A stretch of 64,000 nucleotides of DNA from Bacteroidia bacterium (GTDB taxonomy: Bacteria > Bacteroidota > Bacteroidia > SpSt-205). Of the stretch, positions 1-9,278 are shown in pieces. The position numbers were made by a program, and so were the translations under genes. The notes under the pieces were generated by a model, which saw only the letters and a program-made list of their open reading frames with translations, made no database searches and was not told the origin of the DNA. Position 1 is the first letter of the stretch. The number at the start of each line of letters is the position of its first letter. The stretch spans positions 36,167 to 100,166 of the forward strand of contig JANXAJ010000001.1 in the NCBI GenBank assembly GCA_025062295.1, given 5' to 3'.

Positions 1-1394
1 GGATAGTTGAGAATATAATGACCAATCCCGCGCCAGAGCAGATATAAGGCTGCATAAGAGCGCTGATACTTCTCTTGTATGAAAGCTCGACCGAGTTCTA
101 AAGCGGGATGAATTTCTTGAAAGAGACGAGGTCTGATATGAAAGAGGGAGTAGATATATAGCCCACGCAGCCCTCTCGTGCGGATAATCTCATCACATCG
201 TCCAATACGATAAGCCCCAGCGATGCATTGGTCTGCCTTGTTATAGAGAATAATGTGGTCATACCAGGTATCGTACGCATCTATATCTTTAGGTTTTCCT
301 GTACCTTCTCCCACGGCACGGAAGCTGAGTTCTCGGAGGCGTCCTATTTCTTCAAGGAGGAGAGGCTGCTGGCTGCCCCGGAAGAAATACAAGCTCCACT
401 CCCCTTGACTTAGGAGGTGGTGAGAAGTAGGGAGTCGGTCAAGTTCGGCTTGAATTTTCTCGGGAGGCAAGGGGGGAATAAGGGGGGCTGGCGAAGAGCT
501 GGTACGAGGCAAAAATTTACGCATGCGCCGCAAACGGAGACGACGCCGCCGACTCTCTACACTCTCGCCCAAAAGATAAGTTCGACTGCGAAGGTAGGCT
601 GTAATCCGTTCAGCAGAACCGAGGCTCTGCAGTTTGTCGTAGGGCAGGAGTTTGCCCATTCGATAATGGACCTTACGAGCTGAGGGACTTACAAACTCCC
701 GAATGAGAAGACCCGTTCGCAGGCGAGGATTGACAATCCCCGCTAAATGAAAAATAAGGCTATTGGTCCCATGAAAGTAAAGGGGAAGAGCGGCTGCCCC
801 ACTCTGCTGAATGAGTCGTCCAACAAGGGGATTCCACTCAGGCTCCCGAATTCGCCCTGTACGCAGATTTAGACTCGCCACTTCCCCGGAGGGGAATATG
901 CCTAGCAAACCTCCCCCTTTCAAATACTGAATGGCTTGCTTGATAGGCTGAAGATTGAACTGCTTTGCGGCACTCCCGCCGAAAGGATCTACCAGCAGAA
1001 GGCTTTCGCGCACCTCCTCTATTCTCTCCAAAAAGAGGTTGGCAATGATTCGGAAGTCTGACCGCAACTCGCTCAGGAAAAGGACAAGGAACACTGCCTC
1101 TATCCCTCCGAAAGGATGGTTACATACCACCACGAGGGGTCCGTGATAAGTGCGGAGAGCTTCTATTTGAGCTTGTGGAGGAAGGCTGTACTGGACACCA
1201 ATGAGCTCTAAGGCTCGGCGAGCGAATTCCCCCGGAGAGCGTCCGCTTTCCTCACACAGAGCGTAAAATCGATTGAGTTTCTCTATTCCCATCACCTTTT
1301 CCACCCATGGACCCACCAGCCGATACACCACTCGCTGCCATGGCGTTCTCAGAAGCTCACTCAGCTCTAAGAGCGGACGCTCATACCTCGCCAT
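1..1394 (-). CDS. Bifunctional acyltransferase, OlsF-like; 3' end runs off the window start (partial). N-terminal domain is PlsC-type lysophospholipid O-acyltransferase, C-terminal domain is OlsB/GNAT-like N-acyltransferase
   Basis: Manual reverse-complement translation from ATG at 1394..1392 gives more than 464 codons with no stop down to position 1. It is absent from the ORF track because no stop lies in the window. N-terminal VVVCNHPFGGIEA (HX4D/E-type) and FPSGEV motifs are PlsC-like. The C-terminal ...YNKADQCIAGAYRIGRCDEIIRTRGLRGLYIYSLF... resembles OlsB/hemolysin-like N-acyltransferases. Confidence 0.6.
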   Translation of the reverse strand, partial: MARYERPLLELSELLRTPWQRVVYRLVGPWVEKVMGIEKLNRFYALCEESGRSPGEFARRALELIGVQYSLPPQAQIEALRTYHGPLVVVCNHPFGGIEAVFLVLFLSELRSDFRIIANLFLERIEEVRESLLLVDPFGGSAAKQFNLQPIKQAIQYLKGGGLLGIFPSGEVASLNLRTGRIREPEWNPLVGRLIQQSGAAALPLYFHGTNSLIFHLAGIVNPRLRTGLLIREFVSPSARKVHYRMGKLLPYDKLQSLGSAERITAYLRSRTYLLGESVESRRRRLRLRRMRKFLPRTSSSPAPLIPPLPPEKIQAELDRLPTSHHLLSQGEWSLYFFRGSQQPLLLEEIGRLRELSFRAVGEGTGKPKDIDAYDTWYDHIILYNKADQCIAGAYRIGRCDEIIRTRGLRGLYIYSLFHIRPRLFQEIHPALELGRAFIQEKYQRSYAALYLLWRGIGHYILNY

Positions 1395-1450
1395 GAAGCA
1401 AAGGTATAAGATGCCCTTGCATTTGAGAAAAGTGTGTATATTTGGGTGAT

Positions 1451-2350
1451 ATGCGGTACCTACTTATCTACCTTGGGATGAGCGTGGGGCTGTGGCTCCA
1501 TGCACAGTGTTTGGCTTGTACGCCAGATTCAGATCAAAGTCCTAGACCCTTCGGGTTTAATCCACCAGAGCTTGTCCTTCCACCTAACAAGGACACAACT
1601 CTTGTGATTTATTTTACTTTCCCAGATTCCATTACTCGTCCGCCGACGGTGTATCCAAATTACGCCATTTGGGTGGATAGCCTACGCTTAGATGTAGGTC
1701 TCGTAACCTCACGCAACGGCAGCCCTTTTGCGTACAATACCAGCGATCCCGCTGCGGGTGCGATTCATTTCGACCAAATGCATCGTTTCAAATCATACGA
1801 TCCAAACGACCCAAACAAGAAAGCGAATTTCGTTGTGTATCAGAATCCAGGGGGTACGCCAGGAGCTACGCCGCCAATTGGCTGCGCCCGAGTCTGTCTC
1901 AAGTCAGGAGCTCAAGAGGGAAGCGATACACTCAGAGTAAAAGTGCGTGTATTTGTCCCTGCTTTAGGCGATGGAGCTAATAAGGACACTACTAATCTGG
2001 CTCCTTCTCTGCTTGGAAGTCCTTCATTTTTAGACACGACCTTTAGATATAGGGTGAGAGTAGTATCTGATCCAAGTTTATCTATTGTCTCTCGGCATTC
2101 TTCTGTCTCTCGGCTTTCGGTAGCGCCGAACCCTGCCTGGGGGCCTGCTGAGGTTCGTTTTACTCTGACTCATGCTACGAAGCTTAGCATTCGTGCTTTT
2201 TCATTAGATGGACGTGAAGTCTATTCCTCCTCGCAGCTGTATGAGGCTGGGGATCACGTCTATGTCCTCCACCTACCCGCTGGCATGTATGTAGTATCGC
2301 TGGAAGATGGAAAGAGCCGCCTGACCCACCGTCTGGTTATTTTGGAGTGA
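1451..2350 (+). CDS. Secreted protein with T9SS type-A C-terminal sorting domain (function unknown)
   Basis: Signal peptide MRYLLIYLGMSVGLWLHAQ. The C-terminal ~80 aa LSVAPNPAWGPAEVRFTL...GMYVVSLEDGKSRLTHRLVILE fits the Por/T9SS CTD pattern. The track start at 1442 is TTG; ATG at 1451 is preferred. Confidence 0.6.
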   Translation: MRYLLIYLGMSVGLWLHAQCLACTPDSDQSPRPFGFNPPELVLPPNKDTTLVIYFTFPDSITRPPTVYPNYAIWVDSLRLDVGLVTSRNGSPFAYNTSDPAAGAIHFDQMHRFKSYDPNDPNKKANFVVYQNPGGTPGATPPIGCARVCLKSGAQEGSDTLRVKVRVFVPALGDGANKDTTNLAPSLLGSPSFLDTTFRYRVRVVSDPSLSIVSRHSSVSRLSVAPNPAWGPAEVRFTLTHATKLSIRAFSLDGREVYSSSQLYEAGDHVYVLHLPAGMYVVSLEDGKSRLTHRLVILE

Positions 2351-2377
2351 GACAAGCTCACTCTCTATATAGTCTAT

Positions 2378-2410
2378 GGGGGGCTCTCTCACGAGCCCCC
2401 CATTTCATTG
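2378..2410 (+). terminator. Putative intrinsic terminator after the T9SS-CTD gene
   Basis: GC hairpin GGGGGGCTC-tctcac-GAGCCCCCC (9-bp stem) followed by ATTTCATTG. Confidence 0.45.
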
Positions 2411-2459
2411 AGTAGGGAAAGGTCTAAAATAAAGAGAGGAGCGCCGTACTTTTGCGAGA

Positions 2460-4109
2460 GTGGCTGGGGAAAAAATCATTTACACCATGGTTCGGGTCTC
2501 TAAGGTGGTCCCCCCGAACCGTACAGTGCTAAAAGATATCTCTCTTTCGTACTTCTATGGAGCAAAGATTGGAGTGGTAGGTCCAAATGGCTCTGGAAAG
2601 AGTACTCTTCTTCGGATTATGGCAGGTGAAGACAAAGATTTTTTCGGTGAGGCTCATCTCTCTCCGGGATATACTTTGGGGTATCTTCCTCAAGAGCCCT
2701 ACTTAGACCCTTCTAAGAAAGCCATAGATATCGTAAGAGAAGGAGCTCAAGAGGTATATCAGCTCCTTCACGAATATGAAGCGGTGAGTCTGCGCTTTGG
2801 AGAGTCTCTGAGTGATGAAGAAATGCAATCTCTCTTAGAGTATCAAGCTCAGCTTCAAGAGCGTATAGAGGCGTTAGATGGCTGGAATATAGAAACCTAC
2901 ATCCAACAAGCGATGGAGGCGCTTCACTGTCCTGAGCCAGAGGTGCCTGTGAAGGTACTGTCTGGAGGAGAGAAGCGTCGCCTCGCTCTTGCTCGTCTGC
3001 TTATTCAAGAGCCAGACATCTTACTCTTAGATGAACCCACGAATCATTTAGATGCGGAGTCAGTGGCATGGCTGGAGGCTCACCTCCAGCATTATCAGGG
3101 CACTGTAATCGCAGTAACCCATGATCGGTATTTCTTAGAGAAAGTGGCTGAGTGGATCTTAGAGTTAGAACATGGGCGCGGAATACCTTGGAAAGGGAAT
3201 TACTCCAGCTGGCTCAAGCAGAAGGAGGTTCAACTCAAGCAGCAGAATTTGCCCCCTGAGCGCCAGCGAGCTCTTCGGCGAGAAATAGAATGGATACAAA
3301 TGACGCCTAAGGAGCGGGAGGCCCAACGCAAATCTCGTCTTACTTCCTCTGAGCGGGAGGAGAAAGATATCTTTATTGCACCGGCGCCCCCTCTCGGTGA
3401 GTGGGCTCTGCGAGTGGAGAATCTAACTCTCCGCTATGGAGAACGGACTCTTTTTGAGAATCTCTCCTTTGCTGTGCCTCGAGGTGCTATCGTCGGCGTT
3501 ATTGGTCCGAACGGCTCAGGTAAAACCTCTCTATTTCGCCTGATTGTCGGGGAGGAAAAACCTACAGCTGGCACTATTACCCTTTCCCCTAAAGCAGTCA
3601 TAGCTTATGTAGATCAAGAACATAAAGCTTTAGACCCTCAAAAAAAGCTTTTAGAACAGTTATCGGGGGGAGTTGAGTACCTGCAAATAGGGGGGAAATC
3701 GCTGCATGTGCGCTCCTACTTGGCACGTTTTGGCTTTACGGGGAATGATCAGGAAAAGCGAGTCGGTGACCTCTCAGGAGGAGAAAAAATGCGCTTTCAT
3801 CTTGCCTATAGTTTTCAGCAGGGCGCTAATCTCCTCCTTCTAGATGAGCCTACAAATGACTTAGATATTCACACCATCCGGGCTCTTGAAGAGGCCCTTG
3901 AAAGCTTTACTGGTTGTGCTCTCATTATTTCCCATGATCGATGGTTTTTAGATAGGGTTGCGACTCACATTTTGGCCTTCGAGCCAAATGAAGGGGTCTT
4001 TTATGTGGAGGGAAGCTGGACGGATTATGAGGAGAGGTGGCGCCCTCATTTCATCAAGCGTCCTCGTCCTAAGCACTTATATCGGCGCTTGCGTGCGGTT
4101 GGAGGCTAA
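2460..4109 (+). CDS. ettA: ABC-F ATPase, energy-dependent translational throttle EttA
   Basis: Two ABC cassettes (GPNGSGKST ... LSGGEKRR; GPNGSGKTS ... LSGGEKMR), 549 aa. N-terminus [19 protein letters not shown] parallels E. coli EttA. GTG start. Confidence 0.9.
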   Translation: MAGEKIIYTMVRVSKVVPPNRTVLKDISLSYFYGAKIGVVGPNGSGKSTLLRIMAGEDKDFFGEAHLSPGYTLGYLPQEPYLDPSKKAIDIVREGAQEVYQLLHEYEAVSLRFGESLSDEEMQSLLEYQAQLQERIEALDGWNIETYIQQAMEALHCPEPEVPVKVLSGGEKRRLALARLLIQEPDILLLDEPTNHLDAESVAWLEAHLQHYQGTVIAVTHDRYFLEKVAEWILELEHGRGIPWKGNYSSWLKQKEVQLKQQNLPPERQRALRREIEWIQMTPKEREAQRKSRLTSSEREEKDIFIAPAPPLGEWALRVENLTLRYGERTLFENLSFAVPRGAIVGVIGPNGSGKTSLFRLIVGEEKPTAGTITLSPKAVIAYVDQEHKALDPQKKLLEQLSGGVEYLQIGGKSLHVRSYLARFGFTGNDQEKRVGDLSGGEKMRFHLAYSFQQGANLLLLDEPTNDLDIHTIRALEEALESFTGCALIISHDRWFLDRVATHILAFEPNEGVFYVEGSWTDYEERWRPHFIKRPRPKHLYRRLRAVGG

Positions 4110-4164
4110 GTCAGAGAAAAGCGGGAAGTTCCTCTTTTCAGTAGAGCTTACTCTATAAAAATCT

Positions 4165-5043
4165 TCAGCCAAGATATTGCCTCAATGGTTCTAATACCGC
4201 TGGATTACTCCGCAGCTTGCGAATAGCTTTTTCCTTGATCTGACGGACGCGTTCCCGAGTGAGCCCGAGTTTTTCGGCTATTTCATCCAGCGTCATTGGA
4301 TAGCGTTGATCTATCCCAAAGTGCATTCGTAGGATCTGAGCTTCTCGGTCTTCTAAGGTAGCTAACGCTTTGGCTATCTCCTGGCGCAAGCTCTCATACA
4401 TTAAGACCTGATCCGGCTGAGGTAGATCCGGATTCTCAAGGACATCTATAAAGCGAGTCTCTTCACCGGGTGCAATTGGCGAGTCTAAAGAAACATGGCG
4501 ACCAGACTGCCGCATGATTTCTGCAACCTCTTCCGCCGATAGAGTCCCTTGCATTGCCTCTGCTATTTCCTCGGGAGAAGGCTCTCGTTCGTATTCCTGT
4601 TCAAGGCGAGCGAAAACCTTATTGATCTTATTGAGAGCACCGACGCGATTGAGAGGGAGGCGGACGATCCGGCTCTGTTCAGCTAAAGCCTGAAGGATAC
4701 TCTGCCGAATCCACCATACGGCATATGAGATGAATTTGAAGCCGCGTGTTTCATCAAATCGCTTAGCAGCTTTGATTAAGCCAAGATTTCCTTCACTGAT
4801 GAGGTCAGTCAAAGGCAAGCCTTGATTTTGGTATTGCTTGGCGACTGAAACGACAAAACGGAGGTTTGCTTTGACCAGCTTTTCCAGAGCTTCTTCGTCA
4901 CCTTGACGAATTCGACGCGCCAGCTCAGCCTCTTCATCTACAGAGAGAAGCGGGACTTTCCCAATCTCTTGGAGGTATTTATCAAGAGACTGGGATTCTC
5001 GATTGGTAATCTGTTTCTGAATCTTGAGTTGCCGCATGCCCAT
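4165..5043 (-). CDS. rpoD: RNA polymerase primary sigma factor (Bacteroidota-type short sigma-70)
   Basis: Regions 2-4 present ([58 protein letters not shown]). 292 aa without region 1.1. Confidence 0.9.
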   Translation of the reverse strand: MGMRQLKIQKQITNRESQSLDKYLQEIGKVPLLSVDEEAELARRIRQGDEEALEKLVKANLRFVVSVAKQYQNQGLPLTDLISEGNLGLIKAAKRFDETRGFKFISYAVWWIRQSILQALAEQSRIVRLPLNRVGALNKINKVFARLEQEYEREPSPEEIAEAMQGTLSAEEVAEIMRQSGRHVSLDSPIAPGEETRFIDVLENPDLPQPDQVLMYESLRQEIAKALATLEDREAQILRMHFGIDQRYPMTLDEIAEKLGLTRERVRQIKEKAIRKLRSNPAVLEPLRQYLG

Positions 5044-5090
5044 AGCTCCAAAAAGGATTATACGATTTTATGAAGGAAAAAGTTGCGTAC

Positions 5091-6260
5091 TCAAGGACGC
5101 GGGGGCCTTACTGGCTGAATCAACTTGCCCTCAGGTGAGGATATAAAATCCCGAATTGTGTCCAGCTTGAGAGGGCGCTGGTCTGTCCCGCAGTCCACAT
5201 CTATTTTGAACTCGGTATAAAAGATGGTTGGAAGGGGGACAGGTTTGTACTTCATACCAGCAAGAACCTGTGGGGTAGCCACTTCCACGTCTGGACGATT
5301 AGCCCGAAGAATGCGATAGCCTTTGATATTCCCTTGAGCATCAATCCCTATCTCGAGCAGAACATGAACCAGCCCACAAACTCCACGCTTCCGATATTCC
5401 TGCTTGAGGTAGAGCGCTTTAGCGACAGGTCCGTTTATATATTCCGGCTCTGGATAGCGAGGACCGCTGGTGTTGACATAAGAGTTGAGATGATCAGCGG
5501 GAGGACGCTTTTCTCCCGTACTAGCATACCTCTTTGGTACTTGAACTCGGAGGGTGGAGAGGGAGTCTGGGAGGCGTCCAACCACAGCAGGTGGATTAGG
5601 AGGCTGAGATTCCTTGGGAGGCTCTTGACCAGGCTGATACCCTTTTCGGGCAGGTTCGGTTGAAAGAGGAGGAGAGGGCTTCGATTTCTGGGTGGGCTTA
5701 GGAGCTGGCACCTCCGCAGGCTCTTCCGCTACGGGAGAGGGAGGTGAAGGAGGAGTAGGTGGTGTTTCTGAAGGCTTCTCTTGAGAGGGAGGGGGAGGAG
5801 GAGCTTTTGGCTCCTCAGAAGGGGAAGTCGGATTTGCAGCTACCGTCGGTGAAGTAGGGGCGGGAATCGGCTTATACACATTGTCCTCGGCTGTGCCTTT
5901 ACACTCTTCGCTGAGGCGAAATTCATAGTAAAAGGGACGACTAGCCCGTAACTCAGAGACCTTCCATCGGGTGGGCAGAATGATATCTCGGAGAGACTGC
6001 TTGTAACAGTTGTTGCGTCCAGTGATGGCTCGAGCACTTTCTACACTCCCATCAGGAGCTATCCGAATCTCCATGTAGATATTATCCACGCCGCAGCAGT
6101 TAGAGTGTTGGCGAAGCTGATAAAGCGCATACTCCGAAAGGGTAGTACGGCCATCCTCAAAGGTGCAGTTGGCTTCAGGGTCTATCCGGTAACGGGTGAT
6201 GTCCACGGGCTGGGCGGTGCTTAGAGTTAAAAATAATACACCGCCATAAAAAGCTCGCAT
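5091..6260 (-). CDS. TonB-like periplasmic protein: signal peptide, Cys-containing TonB-C-like domain, Pro-rich linker, C-terminal TonB-C domain
   Basis: ~120-residue proline-rich spacer (PPPPPSQEKPSETPPTPPSPPSP...). C-terminal GLVHVLLEIGIDAQGNIKGYRILR... matches the TonB_C fold pattern. The N-terminal region IYMEIRIAPDGSVESARAI shows the same pattern. The N-terminal hydrophobic stretch is only ~11 residues, so it is a signal peptide rather than a TM anchor. Confidence 0.55.
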   Translation of the reverse strand: MRAFYGGVLFLTLSTAQPVDITRYRIDPEANCTFEDGRTTLSEYALYQLRQHSNCCGVDNIYMEIRIAPDGSVESARAITGRNNCYKQSLRDIILPTRWKVSELRASRPFYYEFRLSEECKGTAEDNVYKPIPAPTSPTVAANPTSPSEEPKAPPPPPSQEKPSETPPTPPSPPSPVAEEPAEVPAPKPTQKSKPSPPLSTEPARKGYQPGQEPPKESQPPNPPAVVGRLPDSLSTLRVQVPKRYASTGEKRPPADHLNSYVNTSGPRYPEPEYINGPVAKALYLKQEYRKRGVCGLVHVLLEIGIDAQGNIKGYRILRANRPDVEVATPQVLAGMKYKPVPLPTIFYTEFKIDVDCGTDQRPLKLDTIRDFISSPEGKLIQPVRPPRP

Positions 6261-6296
6261 AACACAAAGATACAGGATTTACTCTATCTTCGCTCT

Positions 6297-6674
6297 ATGC
6301 TTGTGAGTCGGCAATTCTGGGATGGAATTGGAGGATTGGTATATGCTTTCGCTAAAGCAGATGGAACTATAGGAGAAGAGGAAATCAAAGCCTTCGCCGA
6401 ACGAGTAGAAGCTGGCTTTGAGCGCATTCCGACAAACTTTCCTCACCGAGCCCAAGCGGTTTATGAACTTTTTTCCAGCCTTGGCTATACCCCTGAGCAG
6501 GCTTATCAAGAAGCAATTAAGCACCTTGCAGCAGTTCGAGATGAGGTCAGAAGATACCGATTTGACATCTTGACCATATTCCGAGAGGTTATTCGGGCAG
6601 ATGGGAAGGTACATCCCTACGAGGAGATCTTTCTCAGAAAGCTGGATGAGGATTTAGCTAAGATAGCTGAATAG
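6297..6674 (+). CDS. TerB-like (tellurite-resistance TerB / DjlA N-terminal domain family) small protein
   Basis: 125 aa, all-helical profile with acidic patches (FAKADGTIGEEEIKAF...IRADGKVHPYEEIFL) typical of the TerB fold. Confidence 0.45.
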   Translation: MLVSRQFWDGIGGLVYAFAKADGTIGEEEIKAFAERVEAGFERIPTNFPHRAQAVYELFSSLGYTPEQAYQEAIKHLAAVRDEVRRYRFDILTIFREVIRADGKVHPYEEIFLRKLDEDLAKIAE

Positions 6675-6680
6675 AGGGAG

Positions 6681-7142
6681 ATGTCCATGTCGTATCGCTT
6701 TTTTATTTCTCGACTTCCACTTGGAGAGAGTAGGTGGGAGTGGCATATAGGAAAGGAGCTCTTTACCCAAATCGGTGCGAATTATTATGGAGTGGAGGAC
6801 TTAGCGGTTCAAGTACGAGTCACTACTTCTAAAGATCATCAGCATTTGCGTCTGAGGCTTGAGCTGCAGGGCTGGATAGAGGTTTTATGCGACCGTGGGC
6901 TTGAACCTATTCGTCTTCCAATTCAAACTTCTCATGAGCAAATCTATGGGTGGGATGAGTACTATCTTCCCCCTGACAATACGGAAGAGTTTTTTGTTAT
7001 AGGTCCGAGAGAAGATACGATTGACCTGGCTCAGTCTCTATATGACTACATTGGATTAGCTATACCACGGCGGCGGGTGCGTCCAAGCTGTCCTGATCAT
7101 ATCTGCCCCTCTCACGTATGGGCATATCTCCAAGAAAGTTGA
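6681..7142 (+). CDS. yceD: YceD/DUF177 family protein (large-subunit rRNA processing/accumulation)
   Basis: Sits immediately upstream of rpmF-plsX-fabH as in the canonical operon. C-terminal Cys cluster (RPSCPDHICPSH). Confidence 0.65.
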   Translation: MSMSYRFFISRLPLGESRWEWHIGKELFTQIGANYYGVEDLAVQVRVTTSKDHQHLRLRLELQGWIEVLCDRGLEPIRLPIQTSHEQIYGWDEYYLPPDNTEEFFVIGPREDTIDLAQSLYDYIGLAIPRRRVRPSCPDHICPSHVWAYLQES

Positions 7143-7166
7143 TATTTTCCATACCTTTGTCCCGTC

Positions 7167-7355
7167 ATGGCTAATCCTAAGCGGAAGCATTCTAAAAGTC
7201 GGCGAGACAAGCGACGAACTCATCATAAACTGCCTATTCCCGCCTACTACATAGACCCTCAGAGTGGGGAGCCGACCCTTTTCCATCGGGTGAATCTAAT
7301 AAGTGGATACTATAGAGGTAAAAAAGTTCTGCGGACTGAAGAAGACGAAGGCTGA
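7167..7355 (+). CDS. rpmF: 50S ribosomal protein L32
   Basis: MANPKRKHSKSRRDKRRTHHKLP... 62 aa. Stop overlaps the plsX ATG. Confidence 0.9.
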   Translation: MANPKRKHSKSRRDKRRTHHKLPIPAYYIDPQSGEPTLFHRVNLISGYYRGKKVLRTEEDEG

Positions 7356-8305
7356 TGCGGATAGCAATAGACGCCTTCGGTGGAGATTTTGCTCCGCAAA
7401 ACCCCTTGGAGGGGGTCCTTTCAGTCCTAGATGAGTTGCCTGCAGAAGTAGAACTATGGTTAGTGGGTCAGGTGTCTGAAATAGAGAAAACTGCTCGTCG
7501 GATTGGTCTTCCTCTCACAGGTACGATTCAAGTGCTTCCTGCAAGTGAAGTCATAGGAATGCATGAAAATCCTGCTCGCTCCATTGTCCAGAAGCCAGAT
7601 TCTTCTATTGCAGTTGGTATTCAGGCTCTTAAGGAAGGCAAGGTGGATGCCTTTATCAGTGCGGGCAATACAGGCGCTATTGTTGCTGCGTCGGTCCTCA
7701 AGTTGGGGAACCTGCCTGGCGTCTCTCGTCCAACTCTCGGCGCTTTTTATCCTTATGAAGAAAACAGGTATTCTCTTATCTGCGATGTTGGGGCGAATAT
7801 AGATTGCAAGCCCGAACACCTTGTGCAATTTGCTCAATTGGGGACGGTCTATATGCGAGAGGTGATGGGGATCCCTACCCCACGTGTTGCCTTGCTAAAC
7901 ATTGGAGAAGAGCCGAGCAAGGGGAATATCCTCGCTCAGCAGTCGTACGCTCTTCTTCAACAGCATCCTGATATTTACTTTGTAGGGAATGCTGAGGGAC
8001 GCGTCCTGACGCGCGGATTTGCTGATGTCTATGTAACTGATGGGTTCGTAGGGAATATTCTTCTCAAGTTTGGTGAATCTTTATATGAACTTTTACGAGA
8101 ACAAGTACCGCCCACGCCTATTTTAGAGCGGCTAAACTACGAGAACATTGGGGGGCTGCCTTTTATTGGGACCCAAGGCCATGTAATTATTGGGCATGGC
8201 ATTTCTTCACCGAAGGCCTTCAAGAATATGATTCGCACAGCGATTTCTGTAGTCAGGGCTCATCTAACGGAGAAGATAGCTTCTGCTTTTCGGGCTCATG
8301 TATAG
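7355..8305 (+). CDS. plsX: Phosphate acyltransferase PlsX
   Basis: MRIAIDAFGGDFAPQNPLEGV... 316 aa. Operon position between rpmF and fabH. Confidence 0.9.
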   Translation: MRIAIDAFGGDFAPQNPLEGVLSVLDELPAEVELWLVGQVSEIEKTARRIGLPLTGTIQVLPASEVIGMHENPARSIVQKPDSSIAVGIQALKEGKVDAFISAGNTGAIVAASVLKLGNLPGVSRPTLGAFYPYEENRYSLICDVGANIDCKPEHLVQFAQLGTVYMREVMGIPTPRVALLNIGEEPSKGNILAQQSYALLQQHPDIYFVGNAEGRVLTRGFADVYVTDGFVGNILLKFGESLYELLREQVPPTPILERLNYENIGGLPFIGTQGHVIIGHGISSPKAFKNMIRTAISVVRAHLTEKIASAFRAHV

Positions 8306-9278
8306 AGCTGCCATTACAGCGGTAGGGGCTTTTCTCCCTGAGCGGCGCCTCACGAATGCTGACTTGGAACGGCTTGTAGAAACCTCAGATGAGTGGATTG
8401 TAGAAAGAACAGGCATTCGTGAGCGACGGATCTTAGAACGGGGTAAGGGCAGTGCCTACATGGCGATTAAGGCTGCGGAAATGGCCCTTCAAAAGCGAGG
8501 GTTTCCACCAGAGGAGTTAGACTTAGTGATTGTAGCTACGGTAACGCCTGAGCATCCCTTTCCTGCCACAGCGAATCTTGTCTCCTCGGCGATCGGCGCC
8601 TCCCGAGCGTGGGGATTTGACTTAGAGGCAGCCTGTAGTGGTTTCATCTATGCCTTGAGTATAGGTGCCGATAGCATTGCGAGCGGTCGCGTCAAAAGTG
8701 CTCTGATTATTGGGAGCGACAAAATGTCCTCCATTATAGACTATCGCGATCGCACAACTTGCGTGATATTTGGCGACGGTGCAGGAGCTGTCTTGCTGGA
8801 GCCGACCCAGGAAGAAGTAGGCATCATGGACTACCTTCACCAGGCGGATGGGAACGGTTGCGTGCATCTGTGCATGAAAGCAGGGGGTAGCGTACTGCCT
8901 CCTTCTGTGCGAACTGTGCGGAATCGCCTGCACTACGTGTATCAAGAAGGGCGGCAAGTCTTCAAGCATGCAGTAGTTCAGATGGCAGCCGTGTCGGAGG
9001 CCCTAATGCACAGACATGGACTTTCATCGGAAGATGTAGCGTTCTTTGTTCCCCATCAAGCTAATCGTCGTATCATAGAGGCAGTGGCTCAGCGACTGGG
9101 CTTTCCTTTAGAGCGGGTGATGATTAACATTGATCGGTATGGGAATACTACCTGTGCGACCTTACCTTTATGCCTATACGATTACGAGAATCAGCTCAAA
9201 AAGGGAGACAATCTCATTTTAGCTACGTTCGGTGGGGGTTTTACTTGGGGAGCTTTGTGGCTACGATGGGCTTATTAA
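8298..9278 (+). CDS. fabH: 3-oxoacyl-ACP synthase III
   Basis: N-terminal AITAVGAFLPERRLTNADLERLVETSDEWIVERTGIRERR and catalytic-Cys context LEAACSGFIYAL. 326 aa. Confidence 0.9.
   Translation: MYRAAITAVGAFLPERRLTNADLERLVETSDEWIVERTGIRERRILERGKGSAYMAIKAAEMALQKRGFPPEELDLVIVATVTPEHPFPATANLVSSAIGASRAWGFDLEAACSGFIYALSIGADSIASGRVKSALIIGSDKMSSIIDYRDRTTCVIFGDGAGAVLLEPTQEEVGIMDYLHQADGNGCVHLCMKAGGSVLPPSVRTVRNRLHYVYQEGRQVFKHAVVQMAAVSEALMHRHGLSSEDVAFFVPHQANRRIIEAVAQRLGFPLERVMINIDRYGNTTCATLPLCLYDYENQLKKGDNLILATFGGGFTWGALWLRWAY

Noticed and set aside
1422-1444. Bacteroidota-type promoter (-33 TTTG / -7 TATATTTG) upstream of the first T9SS gene
   Set aside because: The -7-like box is convincing, but its spacing to the nearest TTTG is only ~11 bp and it abuts the start codon. 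It is kept only as a weak possibility.
8622-8969. Antisense ORFs inside well-supported genes (e.g. 8622..8969 in fabH, 5334..5663 in the TonB-like gene, 16043..16414, 42096..42562, 45701..46285, 57680..58282)
   Set aside because: They are fully embedded antisense to or out of frame with genes that have clear homology. Compositionally they are typical of spurious frames in GC-rich coding DNA.
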